Source: Spirochaetia bacterium
GTDB lineage: Bacteria; Spirochaetota; Spirochaetia; CADAEX01
Assembly (NCBI GenBank): GCA_963662795.1
Contig: OY759746.1
Location: 2,624,001-2,688,000, forward strand
DNA length: 64,000 nucleotides
Direction: 5' to 3'
Below, in pieces: positions 47,177 through 56,104 of this stretch. Both the position numbers and the translations under genes were made by a program. Below the pieces are notes generated by a model. It saw nothing but the letters and a program-made list of their open reading frames with translations. It ran no database searches and was not told the DNA's origin. The stretch's first letter is position 1. The number at the start of each line of letters is the position of its first letter.

Positions 47177-48295
47177 ATGGCTAACGTAGTTTTAAAAAAT
47201 GTGACAAAGATATACGATGGCTCGAGCAAAGCAGTGGATTCGGCCAACATCACTATTGAGGATAAGGAGTTTGTGGTTTTTGTCGGCCCTTCCGGCTGCG
47301 GCAAATCCACTACATTGAGAATGATTGCAGGACTTGAGGATATTACTTCAGGTGAAATATTTATAGATGGGGATCTTGTGAATAACATCCCCCCCAAAGA
47401 CCGCAATATAGCTATGGTTTTTCAGAATTATGCGCTTTATCCCCACATGAGTGTTTACGACAACATGGCATTCGGACTAAAAATCAGAAAACTCGATAAA
47501 ACAGAAATTGATGAACGTGTCCGCGAGGCTGCAAAAATTCTTGATATTGAAAAGCTGCTTGACCGCAAACCGAAACAGCTTTCCGGCGGACAGCGCCAAA
47601 GGGTCGCCGTAGGCCGGGCTATAGTCCGCAACCCCAAAGTATTTCTATTTGATGAGCCGCTTTCAAATCTTGACGCCAAACTAAGGGTGCAGATGAGGGC
47701 TGAAATTATTCAGCTTCATGACCGGCTTCAGGCTACAATAATTTATGTAACCCATGACCAGGTAGAAGCCATGACAATGGGGGACCGGATTGTTGTAATG
47801 AAGGACGGGATAATCCAGCAGATAGGATCTCCTCTGTATCTTTATAATCAGCCTGTAAACAGGTTTGTCGCAGGGTTTATCGGTTCTCCTCCTATGAATT
47901 TTATCAAGGTTGATGTTGTTGAAAAAGCGGGGAAAATTTCAATTGAAGAAGGCTCCTGCACCCTGTTTCCGGATGAAAAACACATTGCTCTTCTTAAACC
48001 TTATGCTGGTAAGCAGGTTGTTTTTGGAATAAGGCCGGAAGATCTGCCGTATGATGAGACAAATGCCGTGTCTTCACTTAAGGCTGTTATAACTGTATCG
48101 GAACCGCTCGGATCTGAAATACACATCTGGGCAAAGACAAAGAATACCCAGATAATTTCAAGAGTTCCTCCTCATCACCTGTTTCATATTGGTGAGGATA
48201 TTGCTTTTGTGCCTGTAATGGAGAAAGCCCGTTATTTTGATGTGGAGAGCGGTCTTTCGATACTCCCTGTCTCTGTAGTGGAAGACAGGGCATAG
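47177..48295 (+). CDS. ugpC: Carbohydrate/G3P ABC transporter ATP-binding protein
   Basis: GPSGCGKST, LSGGQRQR, FLFDEPLSNLDAKLR, YVTHDQ, FIGSPPMN. Confidence 0.92.
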   Translation: MANVVLKNVTKIYDGSSKAVDSANITIEDKEFVVFVGPSGCGKSTTLRMIAGLEDITSGEIFIDGDLVNNIPPKDRNIAMVFQNYALYPHMSVYDNMAFGLKIRKLDKTEIDERVREAAKILDIEKLLDRKPKQLSGGQRQRVAVGRAIVRNPKVFLFDEPLSNLDAKLRVQMRAEIIQLHDRLQATIIYVTHDQVEAMTMGDRIVVMKDGIIQQIGSPLYLYNQPVNRFVAGFIGSPPMNFIKVDVVEKAGKISIEEGSCTLFPDEKHIALLKPYAGKQVVFGIRPEDLPYDETNAVSSLKAVITVSEPLGSEIHIWAKTKNTQIISRVPPHHLFHIGEDIAFVPVMEKARYFDVESGLSILPVSVVEDRA

Positions 48296-48303
48296 AGAAA
48301 AAA

Positions 48304-48377
48304 TGGAGAATGCGGGATTCGAACCCGCGGCCTGTTGATTGCGAACCAACCGCTCTAGCCAGCTGAGCTAATTCCCC
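48304..48377 (-). tRNA. tRNA-Ala(CGC)
   Basis: GGGGAATTAGCTCAGCTGGCTAGAGCGGTTGGTTCGCAATCAACAGGCCGCGGGTTCGAATCCCGCATTCTCCA folds as a cloverleaf; anticodon CGC, G3:U70 pair, CCA not encoded. Confidence 0.96.
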
Positions 48378-48536
48378 ATATTGAATTGCCTGTCTTTTGG
48401 ACAACCCTGATTTCAGGTATACCAGAAGACAGGGAATTTGGCAATAAGCTTTATTAAGGCGCATGAAAAAAATCAGGAAAATGAAGAATACCGTTATTCA
48501 CGTGTGTTTAAATGCCTCTGTTTATAAACATGGTAG

Positions 48537-49280
48537 TCAGTAATTCCAGTTCCATTTGGAAATATCGATGGAGCTTTCAATAATGGATTCTGTATCGTCA
48601 TCAAGCTGATAAAAAAAATCAAATCCTGTAATGTTTTCTATGTAATCAATAGGGAAAGCGAAAGCCTGTAATACTGCCGTGCATTTTTTGTTGGGGATAA
48701 TGAAGCCGATCCCCTTGATATCAGGTTCTGATGAATCAGCTATTACCTTGAAGAAATATGAGGGGACTGCTACATTATTTGTTCCTATTGTTTTATATCC
48801 TTCTGTGATTATCGGCCCTGTTGCAACAAGGATTTTTTCATTGCTTATTGCCCACTGCCGCACAAGTTCTTCCAGGTCTTTCCAGACTTTTCTGTTAAAC
48901 TGCGCTTCCTGGGGGCTTATGTTGCTCATGTAAAATGATTCACCCATAGCCTCTTCCGACCATTTCATATCTCCCGCCGGGGCAAGATGCCCCCTGTCGT
49001 ATCCTGAAGCCTTATAATCTGAAGGATCGGCGGAGCCTGTAATGATATTGGGGTCAGGCCTGAAATTGTCTTTTCTTCTATGAATGCCGCGCGCTTCATC
49101 CGCTGTAAGCTCCCAGGCAACCCAGTCTGGCTGTTCAAAAATTTCGTTATACTACAGTGAAAACCCTGTATAGCTGTATATTTTTCCGGAAGGAAAAGGT
49201 AACTCATGAGTCTGGGGACATACATTCTGCGCTGCTGCGAGCAGTAAAAAAATAACAAAACGGTACTTGCTGCTGATAAT
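48537..49280 (-). pseudogene. DNA/RNA non-specific endonuclease (NucA/EndA type) with in-frame amber stop
   Basis: One frame reads ...YTGFSL*YNEIFEQPDWVAW...SGYDRGHLAPAGD...SFYMSNISPQ..FN...W..LE; TAG at 49152-49154; only ATT (49280) follows the AGGGGG RBS. Confidence 0.8.
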
Positions 49281-49341
49281 AAAACTGTCCCCCTATACCC
49301 GATTGATATATTTAATAAACTTAAGTTTTAGAGGTTAATTA

Positions 49342-49530
49342 TTACCTGAAATTAACACAGTCATCACGCCATAAACAGTCATAAAGCGCGCATACCGGTG
49401 CTATTTCAGACTGATAGCAGGGGCTGTTGCCTTCTTTTACCTGAATGGCCCTTATAAGTTCTTTTTTTCCCAGTTTACCCGGGACGATACCCATGGTTTT
49501 TGCTTTTGACTTTATTTCTTTCAATTCCAT
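49342..49530 (-). CDS. Small Rho-N/SAP-like protein with 4-Cys tail
   Basis: KELIRAIQ..EGN.PCY.......C....CLWRDDC. Confidence 0.75.
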   Translation of the reverse strand: MELKEIKSKAKTMGIVPGKLGKKELIRAIQVKEGNSPCYQSEIAPVCALYDCLWRDDCVNFR

Positions 49531-49715
49531 TTGAGCTACCGCCTTTATGATAATAATTTGCCGGAAAACGGCAGACAACAGTTGTTGTTTTAAATTCTAA
49601 TTCCACGGATTGAATTATGCAATTAAAATTAAAATATTGCAGGAATTAATTCATTGTAATAAAAAATTAGTATTTTATAATTATATATATTGATTCTAAA
49701 AAAAGGGAATTATGT

Positions 49716-50270
49716 ATGAAAAAAATATCGATTTTCTTCCTTTTTGCTGTTTTTTTTGTTTCATGCACTTTTATACCGGAGCCTCCTCAACTTACCGGAG
49801 GGAAAAGATATTTATATATTTTCCATAATGATGATGCCGTGTTTAATTTTGAACAAGCCCCTAAAATCAAAGATATTCTGGACAAACATTATATTCAGAT
49901 GAGTATAAGGCTCTCATCTCAGTATGATCGGGATTATATGAATAATTTTATTTCCAGTCTCAGGAAGAAAGGTATTTATCGCGAAAATATGAAAATTGAC
50001 AGGTACCTGCTTATCAAGAAAAATCCAATGGATAAATTAAGCATGAAATATATAAATAAATTTAAATTAACACAAACACCGGAGCTTGTTGTTGTTAATG
50101 AAAAAGGGAGGATTCTGGGCCATTATGTCAGACATCACACCTTTGCGGACAATATCAGGATCAATGAGTATGAAGAATCCGGAATAGAATTAAAAAAAAT
50201 ATTCTGGAATATTGAAGACCGGGAAGACAGAATGTCCCTGCTTGATTTTTTAAGGAAACACGCTGAATAA
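49716..50270 (+). CDS. Hypothetical lipoprotein, possibly a thioredoxin-like fold without CxxC
   Basis: Lipobox FFVSC; KFKLTQTPELVVVNEKGRI. Confidence 0.6.
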   Translation: MKKISIFFLFAVFFVSCTFIPEPPQLTGGKRYLYIFHNDDAVFNFEQAPKIKDILDKHYIQMSIRLSSQYDRDYMNNFISSLRKKGIYRENMKIDRYLLIKKNPMDKLSMKYINKFKLTQTPELVVVNEKGRILGHYVRHHTFADNIRINEYEESGIELKKIFWNIEDREDRMSLLDFLRKHAE

Positions 50271-50391
50271 AAAATATCAGGAAAAACTGATTGAAATAAT
50301 CAACCTGATTCCTCATGTGAGATATTCTCCCCAAATATCACTCATGTAATGAACACCTGAATATAATCTGCTGAAGCCAGAGGGTATTAAT

Positions 50392-50421
50392 AACCCCCGG
50401 GCAATTGCATCCGGGGGTTTT
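50392..50421. terminator. Bidirectional terminator
   Basis: AACCCCCGG...CCGGGGGTTTT. Confidence 0.7.
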
Positions 50422-50436
50422 GAAAAACAGTTTTGT

Positions 50437-52344
50437 TTACGCAGTTTTTGAGGCGCTTTTCTGGGTAAAAAGCGATACAGCTACAAGCACTGTAAATGAA
50501 AGCGGTATTGAAATAATACCAGGATTGTCCAGAGGGAAAACTGCGTCTGCAGGATTCCATCCGTACATTGCGAACATGCTGGGAGATAAAAGTATAATAG
50601 CAATTGATGAAACTACCCCGACAGCAACCGATGCCGTTATTCCTTTTGAGGTGGTTTTTTTCCAGAAAAGAAGCATGATTATCGCCGGTAGGTTTGCAGA
50701 TGCCGCAATAGCGAACGCAAGTCCTACAAGGAATGAAACATTCATCCCTTTGAAAAGTATCCCGAGTATAATGGCAATGCCTCCTACAACTACGGCCGAT
50801 ATTTTCCCCGCTTTTACCTTGCTGCTGTCTGAGAGTTTCATTCCCAGAAAGTTGGTCATGAGGTCATGGGCTACCGCACCTGATGCCGCTACTATGAGGC
50901 CGCTTACAGTTCCAAGGACGGTAGCGAATGCGATTGCCGAAATAATGGCAAACAGATAAACACCAAAGGTCTTCGCCAGTAAAGGCGCTGCCATGTTGCT
51001 GCTTTCAACATCCATACCGCCGTTTACCATCGCCCCGATACCCATATAAAGTGTAAGGATATAGAAAAATCCTATAGCGGCAATTGCCACAATTGTCGAT
51101 TTTCTCGCATCCTTGGGACTCGGTACTGTGTAATACCTTATAAGAACATGAGGAAGCGCGGCAGTTCCAAAGAAAAGCGAGAGCATAAGGGATACAAAAT
51201 TAAGTTTTGAAGTAATTGATGAATCTCTTTCAATCTTGAATTTTAGGCCCGGCCTTAATATTTTATTGCCTTCTGTATTTTTCTGGTGCCAGATAGTAAC
51301 CTTGTCTTCTCCGTCTGTTATTGTTACAGGATTAAACAAACTGACTCCGCTTTTCTGGATTACAGAGAAAAACTTAAATGGACCGAGTGGACCTGTTTTT
51401 TCAACTTCTTTTCCATCCACTACAATTTTTGTCATGTGTCCAACAGAGTAGAATTTTTCCGCTTCTTTCGGTTCACCGTTGTACAGCACTTTGCCTTTAT
51501 CTGTTTTTGTTTTTGAAAGCACTTCTGTAAGTGTCCAGCTTCCTTCTTTTTGACTGAGCTGCCACCATGTTGAAATCCCGCCTTTGTCAAGTTTTACAAA
51601 ATCAAGATCTCCTGATTTAACCTGTGAGGAAACTGCATAGGATTTATCAGCTATGGATGTTACACTGCCCCCGGTGGCAACTGCTTCAATCTTTTTGAAT
51701 TCATGATAATTATCGTTAGGTTTCAGGTTTAATCCTTTTCCAAGGATACTGAAAACAAGTATTGTAGAAAAAACAATCAGCAGCCCCCCTTTCAGGAACT
51801 GGACATAGGTAGTTGATTTCATCCCTGCAGTCGCGACAATCAGTATTACAATACTTCCAACCATAATTACACCGACATAGTGGGGAAGTCCGAGCAGCGG
51901 AGTTACAAGCGCGCCTGCTCCAACCATCTGCGGTATGAGATAAAAGATTGAAATTACAAGGCTGCTTATCCCGGCGACAAGCTGTATTCCCCTGGAATTG
52001 AATTTTGAGTCAAGCGCGTCTGTAAATGTATATTTCCCAAGTCTTTTCATGGGCTCTGCTACTACAAACAGGGCTACGACCCAGCCGGCAAGATATCCTA
52101 TCGAATATAGAAATCCGTCATATCCGGCGGTAGCGATCATACCGCAGATTCCGAGAAATGATGCTGCGGAAAGATAATCACCGGCGAATGCTACTCCGTT
52201 TACAGGCCAGGATATGGTTCCCCCTGCTGTATAATACCCTTTTGATGAACTGGTCTGACGGGCGAAATAAAAAGAGAGGCCGAGAACCATAATGACAAAA
52301 AAGAAAAAAACGCCGATTGCGATAGGAGATGCTGTATAGATCAT
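50437..52344 (-). CDS. actP: Cation/acetate symporter ActP-like (SSS family) with large soluble insert
   Basis: AFAGDYLSAASFLG, YLIPQMVGAG, GMKSTTYVQ, GTAALPHVLIRYYTVP, AFATVLGTVSGL, ASANLP. Confidence 0.88.
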   Translation of the reverse strand: MIYTASPIAIGVFFFFVIMVLGLSFYFARQTSSSKGYYTAGGTISWPVNGVAFAGDYLSAASFLGICGMIATAGYDGFLYSIGYLAGWVVALFVVAEPMKRLGKYTFTDALDSKFNSRGIQLVAGISSLVISIFYLIPQMVGAGALVTPLLGLPHYVGVIMVGSIVILIVATAGMKSTTYVQFLKGGLLIVFSTILVFSILGKGLNLKPNDNYHEFKKIEAVATGGSVTSIADKSYAVSSQVKSGDLDFVKLDKGGISTWWQLSQKEGSWTLTEVLSKTKTDKGKVLYNGEPKEAEKFYSVGHMTKIVVDGKEVEKTGPLGPFKFFSVIQKSGVSLFNPVTITDGEDKVTIWHQKNTEGNKILRPGLKFKIERDSSITSKLNFVSLMLSLFFGTAALPHVLIRYYTVPSPKDARKSTIVAIAAIGFFYILTLYMGIGAMVNGGMDVESSNMAAPLLAKTFGVYLFAIISAIAFATVLGTVSGLIVAASGAVAHDLMTNFLGMKLSDSSKVKAGKISAVVVGGIAIILGILFKGMNVSFLVGLAFAIAASANLPAIIMLLFWKKTTSKGITASVAVGVVSSIAIILLSPSMFAMYGWNPADAVFPLDNPGIISIPLSFTVLVAVSLFTQKSASKTA

Positions 52345-52631
52345 TTGGCGCCCCCTTCGGTACTGATATTCAGTTCATCCTCTTTCTTTGTACAGAAATA
52401 GTTATAGATTATTCCCAAAATGATTGCTAACAGAATGAGACCGAATCCGTAAACAATCGCGAGGTTAAGCCCCAGAAAAATTTCCTTCTCCATAATTACA
52501 GGATTTAATGTGTTGATAGCTACAAATAATCCGTAAATTAATGCGTAGACAAAAAAGAGAATAACTCCCAGTTTTGATTTATACCTGATTGCATTATCCG
52601 GACCGAGCTGAACGGCAGGACCGTGATCCAT
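52341..52631 (-). CDS. DUF485 (YjcH-like) small membrane partner of ActP
   Basis: Two TM segments, GLNLAIVYGFGLI; overlaps the actP start. Confidence 0.85.
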   Translation of the reverse strand: MDHGPAVQLGPDNAIRYKSKLGVILFFVYALIYGLFVAINTLNPVIMEKEIFLGLNLAIVYGFGLILLAIILGIIYNYFCTKKEDELNISTEGGAK

Positions 52632-52700
52632 ATATACCCCCTTAAAGTTGTTAAACTTCATGATGACTGCTAAAAGCAGTATAAGTCAAGCAAAAAACTG

Positions 52701-52714
52701 ACCGACCGGTCGAT
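52701..52714. promoter_or_regulatory. Palindrome in the divergent actP / DUF294 promoter region
   Basis: ACCGACCGGTCGAT, resembling a TetR-type operator. Confidence 0.45.
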
Positions 52715-52757
52715 AAAAATAGTTACTCCTGGAGGCAAAGCTGTATTATAATGAAAA

Positions 52758-55700
52758 ATGATGAATGAGCCTTTCCTGACTGTAAACATGCACTGCCACT
52801 CAAATCTCAGCGATGGTATTCTGCCTGTTGATGAACTTGTGGAATTTTTATCGAAAAACAGCGTTCAGTTCGCCTCCCTTACTGATCATGATACTTTGAA
52901 GGGACAGGAGCTTTTTCATGACCTCTGTGTAAAAAGCGGTATCGGGTTTGTCAGCGGTATTGAAATTACTGCTTCATCTGAGTGGGGTGAGCTCCATCTG
53001 CTTGGATACGGCTTTAATTACAGGAGCGAAGCAATAAAGGCTTTTTTTCCTGATGACCTGCCATCGAGAACTGCTGTTGATTATAGAACTGTCATAGATA
53101 TTGTCCATGCGGAGGGAGGGAAGGTCTTTCTTGCCCATCCGCTGACTGTTTCAAAAGATTTTACGGCTCTTTCGTCAATTATCTCCCGTTTAAGGGAAGC
53201 CGGACTTGACGGAATTGAGGCTTTATATGGAATGTATGAGGAAGCTGATCAAAAAAAACTGCTTTCTATAGCTGAAGAACTTGATCTTCTTGTTTCTGCC
53301 GGGACAGATTATCACGGTTTTACGATGCCTTCAGGAGGTGCTCCTGCTTTTCGGAAAGCAGGTTTGTTTTCCAAACCAGGAGAGAGTATTTCTTATGATA
53401 ACTGGAAAAAATTCCGCTTAGCCGTATTCAGCAATTCCGCGGTAAATTCTTCTGTTACGACAGGCAGCAACGGTGCTGCTGACAGCAGAGATTCCTCCCG
53501 CTCCAATAAAAAAGAAATTAGCAGAATAAGCTATTTAAAAATAATTTTTCCCGCGTTTCTCGCTGTTTTACTGTTTACTGTTACTATTTTCAATATCCTG
53601 ATTCCTAAAATTGAAGATGTTCTTCTTGCCAGGAAAAAGGAAATGATAAAAGAGCTTACAAATTCGGCTGTAAGCATTCTTGAAGAATTCAATCTCGATG
53701 TTGAAAACGGCCTTATTACGGAAGATGAGGCAAAGCAGAAAGCTGCAAAAATTATTGAGTATATAAGATATGGAGGGGAACACAAGGATTATTTCTGGAT
53801 TACAGACATGAAGCCTGTGATGATTGTCCACCCCTACAAAAAAGAACTTGAAGGAAAATATGTCGGCGATTATCAGGACAATGCCGGCACAGCTGTATTC
53901 ATGAAATTTGTTGAAGCTGTAAGAAAAAACAGGGAAGGGTATGTTGAATATCAGTGGCAGTGGAAGGATGAAAAAAGCAGGATTATGTCAAAGCTTTCCT
54001 ATGTTAAACTTTATGAACCCTGGGGCTGGATTATAGGAACAGGCATTTACATAGATGATCTTCAGATTGAGGTAAAAAAGATAGAAAGCTTTATTATAAG
54101 TTTTTCTGTTGTAATAATAGTAACAGTATCTATTCTGCTTTTTTTCCTGGTAACTCAAAGTATAAAATCTGAAAAAGTAAAGCAGAAAAAAGAGAAAGCA
54201 CTCGCCGAGTCAAACGAGAAATACCGAACCCTTGTATCAGCCACAGGAGAAGGCACTCTTATTATACAGAACGGTAAATGCACCTATTCAAATCCGAAGA
54301 TACAGAATATTTTAGGCTATACTGAGGATGAACTGCTTCTCCTTGCGATTCAGGATATTATTGTTCCCGAATCTGTGGATTCCCATGGAAGATTTTATAT
54401 CGAATCCCTGATGCATAACGAAATACTTCCGTCTGTCTGTGAAACCGGAATGAGAAAAAAAGACGGTAAATTCATCGATGTCATTCTTGATACAGACAGG
54501 ATAAATTTTTCAGGCGGTGACGGGTTTATAATAAATGTAAGGGAAACCGAAAAAAGCGGCAGACTCAGCTATATAAGGGACAGGAAGAAAAATAAAATAA
54601 TCGGGGAGCTGCAGACAGCGATTCTTTTTTTAAGCGAGCCGGTCGTCAACATAGCAGAAGAGGCTGTAATCTGCCCCATGAAAACCAGAATTCGTGAAGC
54701 CGCATCAGTAATGACTGAGAAAAAAGTTTCCTCAATTTTTATCTCGTCGGAGGACGGGGAGATAATAGGAATTGTAACAGATCATGATATCAGAATGAGG
54801 GTCGTATCCGGGCAGATTAATCCTCAGGAAAGTCTTTATAAAATAATGAGTTCGCCTTTAATTTCAATTTCAGGCAGTTCCCTTATTTATGAGGCAATCT
54901 CAGTAATGAGAAGAGGCAGCATAAGCCATCTTGCTGTAAGGGATGAGGGGGGCAATCCATATGCTGTGGTAAGGGCAAAAGAGCTTCTTGCGTTTCATAA
55001 ATATCCTGCCGCAGTACTGACTTCTGAAATTAATTCGGCAGGTTCGTTTACTGAACTCAGGAGATCTTTCAGCAAAATGCCTGTAATGATGAAAACACTT
55101 GTTGATACCGGAGTCAAGCCTCAGAATATAACCAGAATGATATCATCCTTTTCCGATTCACTTACTGCAAGAATTATAGAACTTGCAGAGTCTGAGCTGG
55201 GGCCACCTCCTGTAAGCTATGTCTTTATATCGCCCGGAAGCCACGGAAGGGGAGAGCCTACGCTTGTTTCAGACCAGGATAACGCGATTATCTACTTTGA
55301 TATGGCGGATGACGAAAAAGAAAAATCCGCGGTTGAGTATTTCATAAAGCTTGGGGAATTGGTCTGCTCCGAGCTTGCCAGGTCCGGGTTTGAGCTCTGC
55401 AAAGGGAAAATCATGGCAAGCAATCCTGCATGGGTCTGTTCCCTTTCCGGCTGGAAAAAATATTTTACTGCGTGGATAACAGAGCCTAAAGCTGAAGAGT
55501 TTCTTAAATTCAACATGTTCTTCGATTTCAGGGTGATATACGGCGATTCTGTGCCGGCGAAGGAACTCAGGAGCCATATAAAAAGGCTATTGGCGGTGAA
55601 TCCCCCTTTCTTTGCCCACCTTGCCCAGAATACCCTTCTTTATAAAACACCTTTAGGATTTATGGGTAATATTATCTTTAATACTGATGATTCAAGTAAC

Positions 55701-56057
55701 CAGATATTCGATATAAAGGAAGCGCTGCTTCCAATTGTAAGTTTTGCCAGAATTTATGCCTTAAAGCATAATATTGAAAATACAAATACCTGGGAAAGAC
55801 TTTCACAGCTTAGTGAAAAAGGAATAATTCTTGAATCAAGCTATAATGAAATAAAGCATGTTTATGATTTTCTTATGCAGATGCGTCTTAATACCCAGTC
55901 TGCGGCAATGGATAACAACCTTGAGCCCGGCAATACTGTCTCGAGATCTTCACTTACCAATATCGAGACAGCGCTGCTTAAGAATTCCCTCAACCAGATT
56001 TCAGACATACAGAAGAAAATAATATATGATTTTATGGGTGGTGTGAATCCGTCCTGA
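52758..56057 (+). CDS. Multidomain PHP - TM - sCache_2 - TM - PAS - CBS pair - DUF294 nucleotidyltransferase - DUF294_C protein
   Basis: PHP: HCHSNLSDG, TDHD, GIE, HLLGY, AHP, GTDYHG; sCache: YFWITD..P.MI.HP...KLSYVK..EPWGWIIGTGIY; CBS: IGIVTDHDI, IMSSPLI; NTase: GSHGRGE...SDQDNAII; MASNP.W, FFDFR, DIKE, ARIYAL. Confidence 0.85.
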   Translation: MMNEPFLTVNMHCHSNLSDGILPVDELVEFLSKNSVQFASLTDHDTLKGQELFHDLCVKSGIGFVSGIEITASSEWGELHLLGYGFNYRSEAIKAFFPDDLPSRTAVDYRTVIDIVHAEGGKVFLAHPLTVSKDFTALSSIISRLREAGLDGIEALYGMYEEADQKKLLSIAEELDLLVSAGTDYHGFTMPSGGAPAFRKAGLFSKPGESISYDNWKKFRLAVFSNSAVNSSVTTGSNGAADSRDSSRSNKKEISRISYLKIIFPAFLAVLLFTVTIFNILIPKIEDVLLARKKEMIKELTNSAVSILEEFNLDVENGLITEDEAKQKAAKIIEYIRYGGEHKDYFWITDMKPVMIVHPYKKELEGKYVGDYQDNAGTAVFMKFVEAVRKNREGYVEYQWQWKDEKSRIMSKLSYVKLYEPWGWIIGTGIYIDDLQIEVKKIESFIISFSVVIIVTVSILLFFLVTQSIKSEKVKQKKEKALAESNEKYRTLVSATGEGTLIIQNGKCTYSNPKIQNILGYTEDELLLLAIQDIIVPESVDSHGRFYIESLMHNEILPSVCETGMRKKDGKFIDVILDTDRINFSGGDGFIINVRETEKSGRLSYIRDRKKNKIIGELQTAILFLSEPVVNIAEEAVICPMKTRIREAASVMTEKKVSSIFISSEDGEIIGIVTDHDIRMRVVSGQINPQESLYKIMSSPLISISGSSLIYEAISVMRRGSISHLAVRDEGGNPYAVVRAKELLAFHKYPAAVLTSEINSAGSFTELRRSFSKMPVMMKTLVDTGVKPQNITRMISSFSDSLTARIIELAESELGPPPVSYVFISPGSHGRGEPTLVSDQDNAIIYFDMADDEKEKSAVEYFIKLGELVCSELARSGFELCKGKIMASNPAWVCSLSGWKKYFTAWITEPKAEEFLKFNMFFDFRVIYGDSVPAKELRSHIKRLLAVNPPFFAHLAQNTLLYKTPLGFMGNIIFNTDDSSNQIFDIKEALLPIVSFARIYALKHNIENTNTWERLSQLSEKGIILESSYNEIKHVYDFLMQMRLNTQSAAMDNNLEPGNTVSRSSLTNIETALLKNSLNQISDIQKKIIYDFMGGVNPS

Positions 56058-56104
56058 CAGCGCATACCCTGATGCCGTATAAAAATATAAGGAAGAATAA
56101 AAGT

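Noticed and set aside
49152-49154. Pyrrolysine or programmed read-through of the amber codon
   Set aside because: No pyl genes in the window, other genes here end in TAG, and the start codon also appears damaged
48965-49258. 97-aa minus-strand ORF
   Set aside because: Wrong frame; the nuclease homology runs in the frame of 48537-48968
48304-50300. Genomic island integrated at tRNA-Ala
   Set aside because: No integrase or duplicated tRNA 3' end, and the tRNA 3' end faces ugpC rather than the variable genes
50405-50959. 184-aa plus-strand ORF and similar antisense ORFs (37900-38445, 42000-42665, 46472-46972, 60570-61046)
   Set aside because: All lie opposite well-supported genes and show no independent motifs
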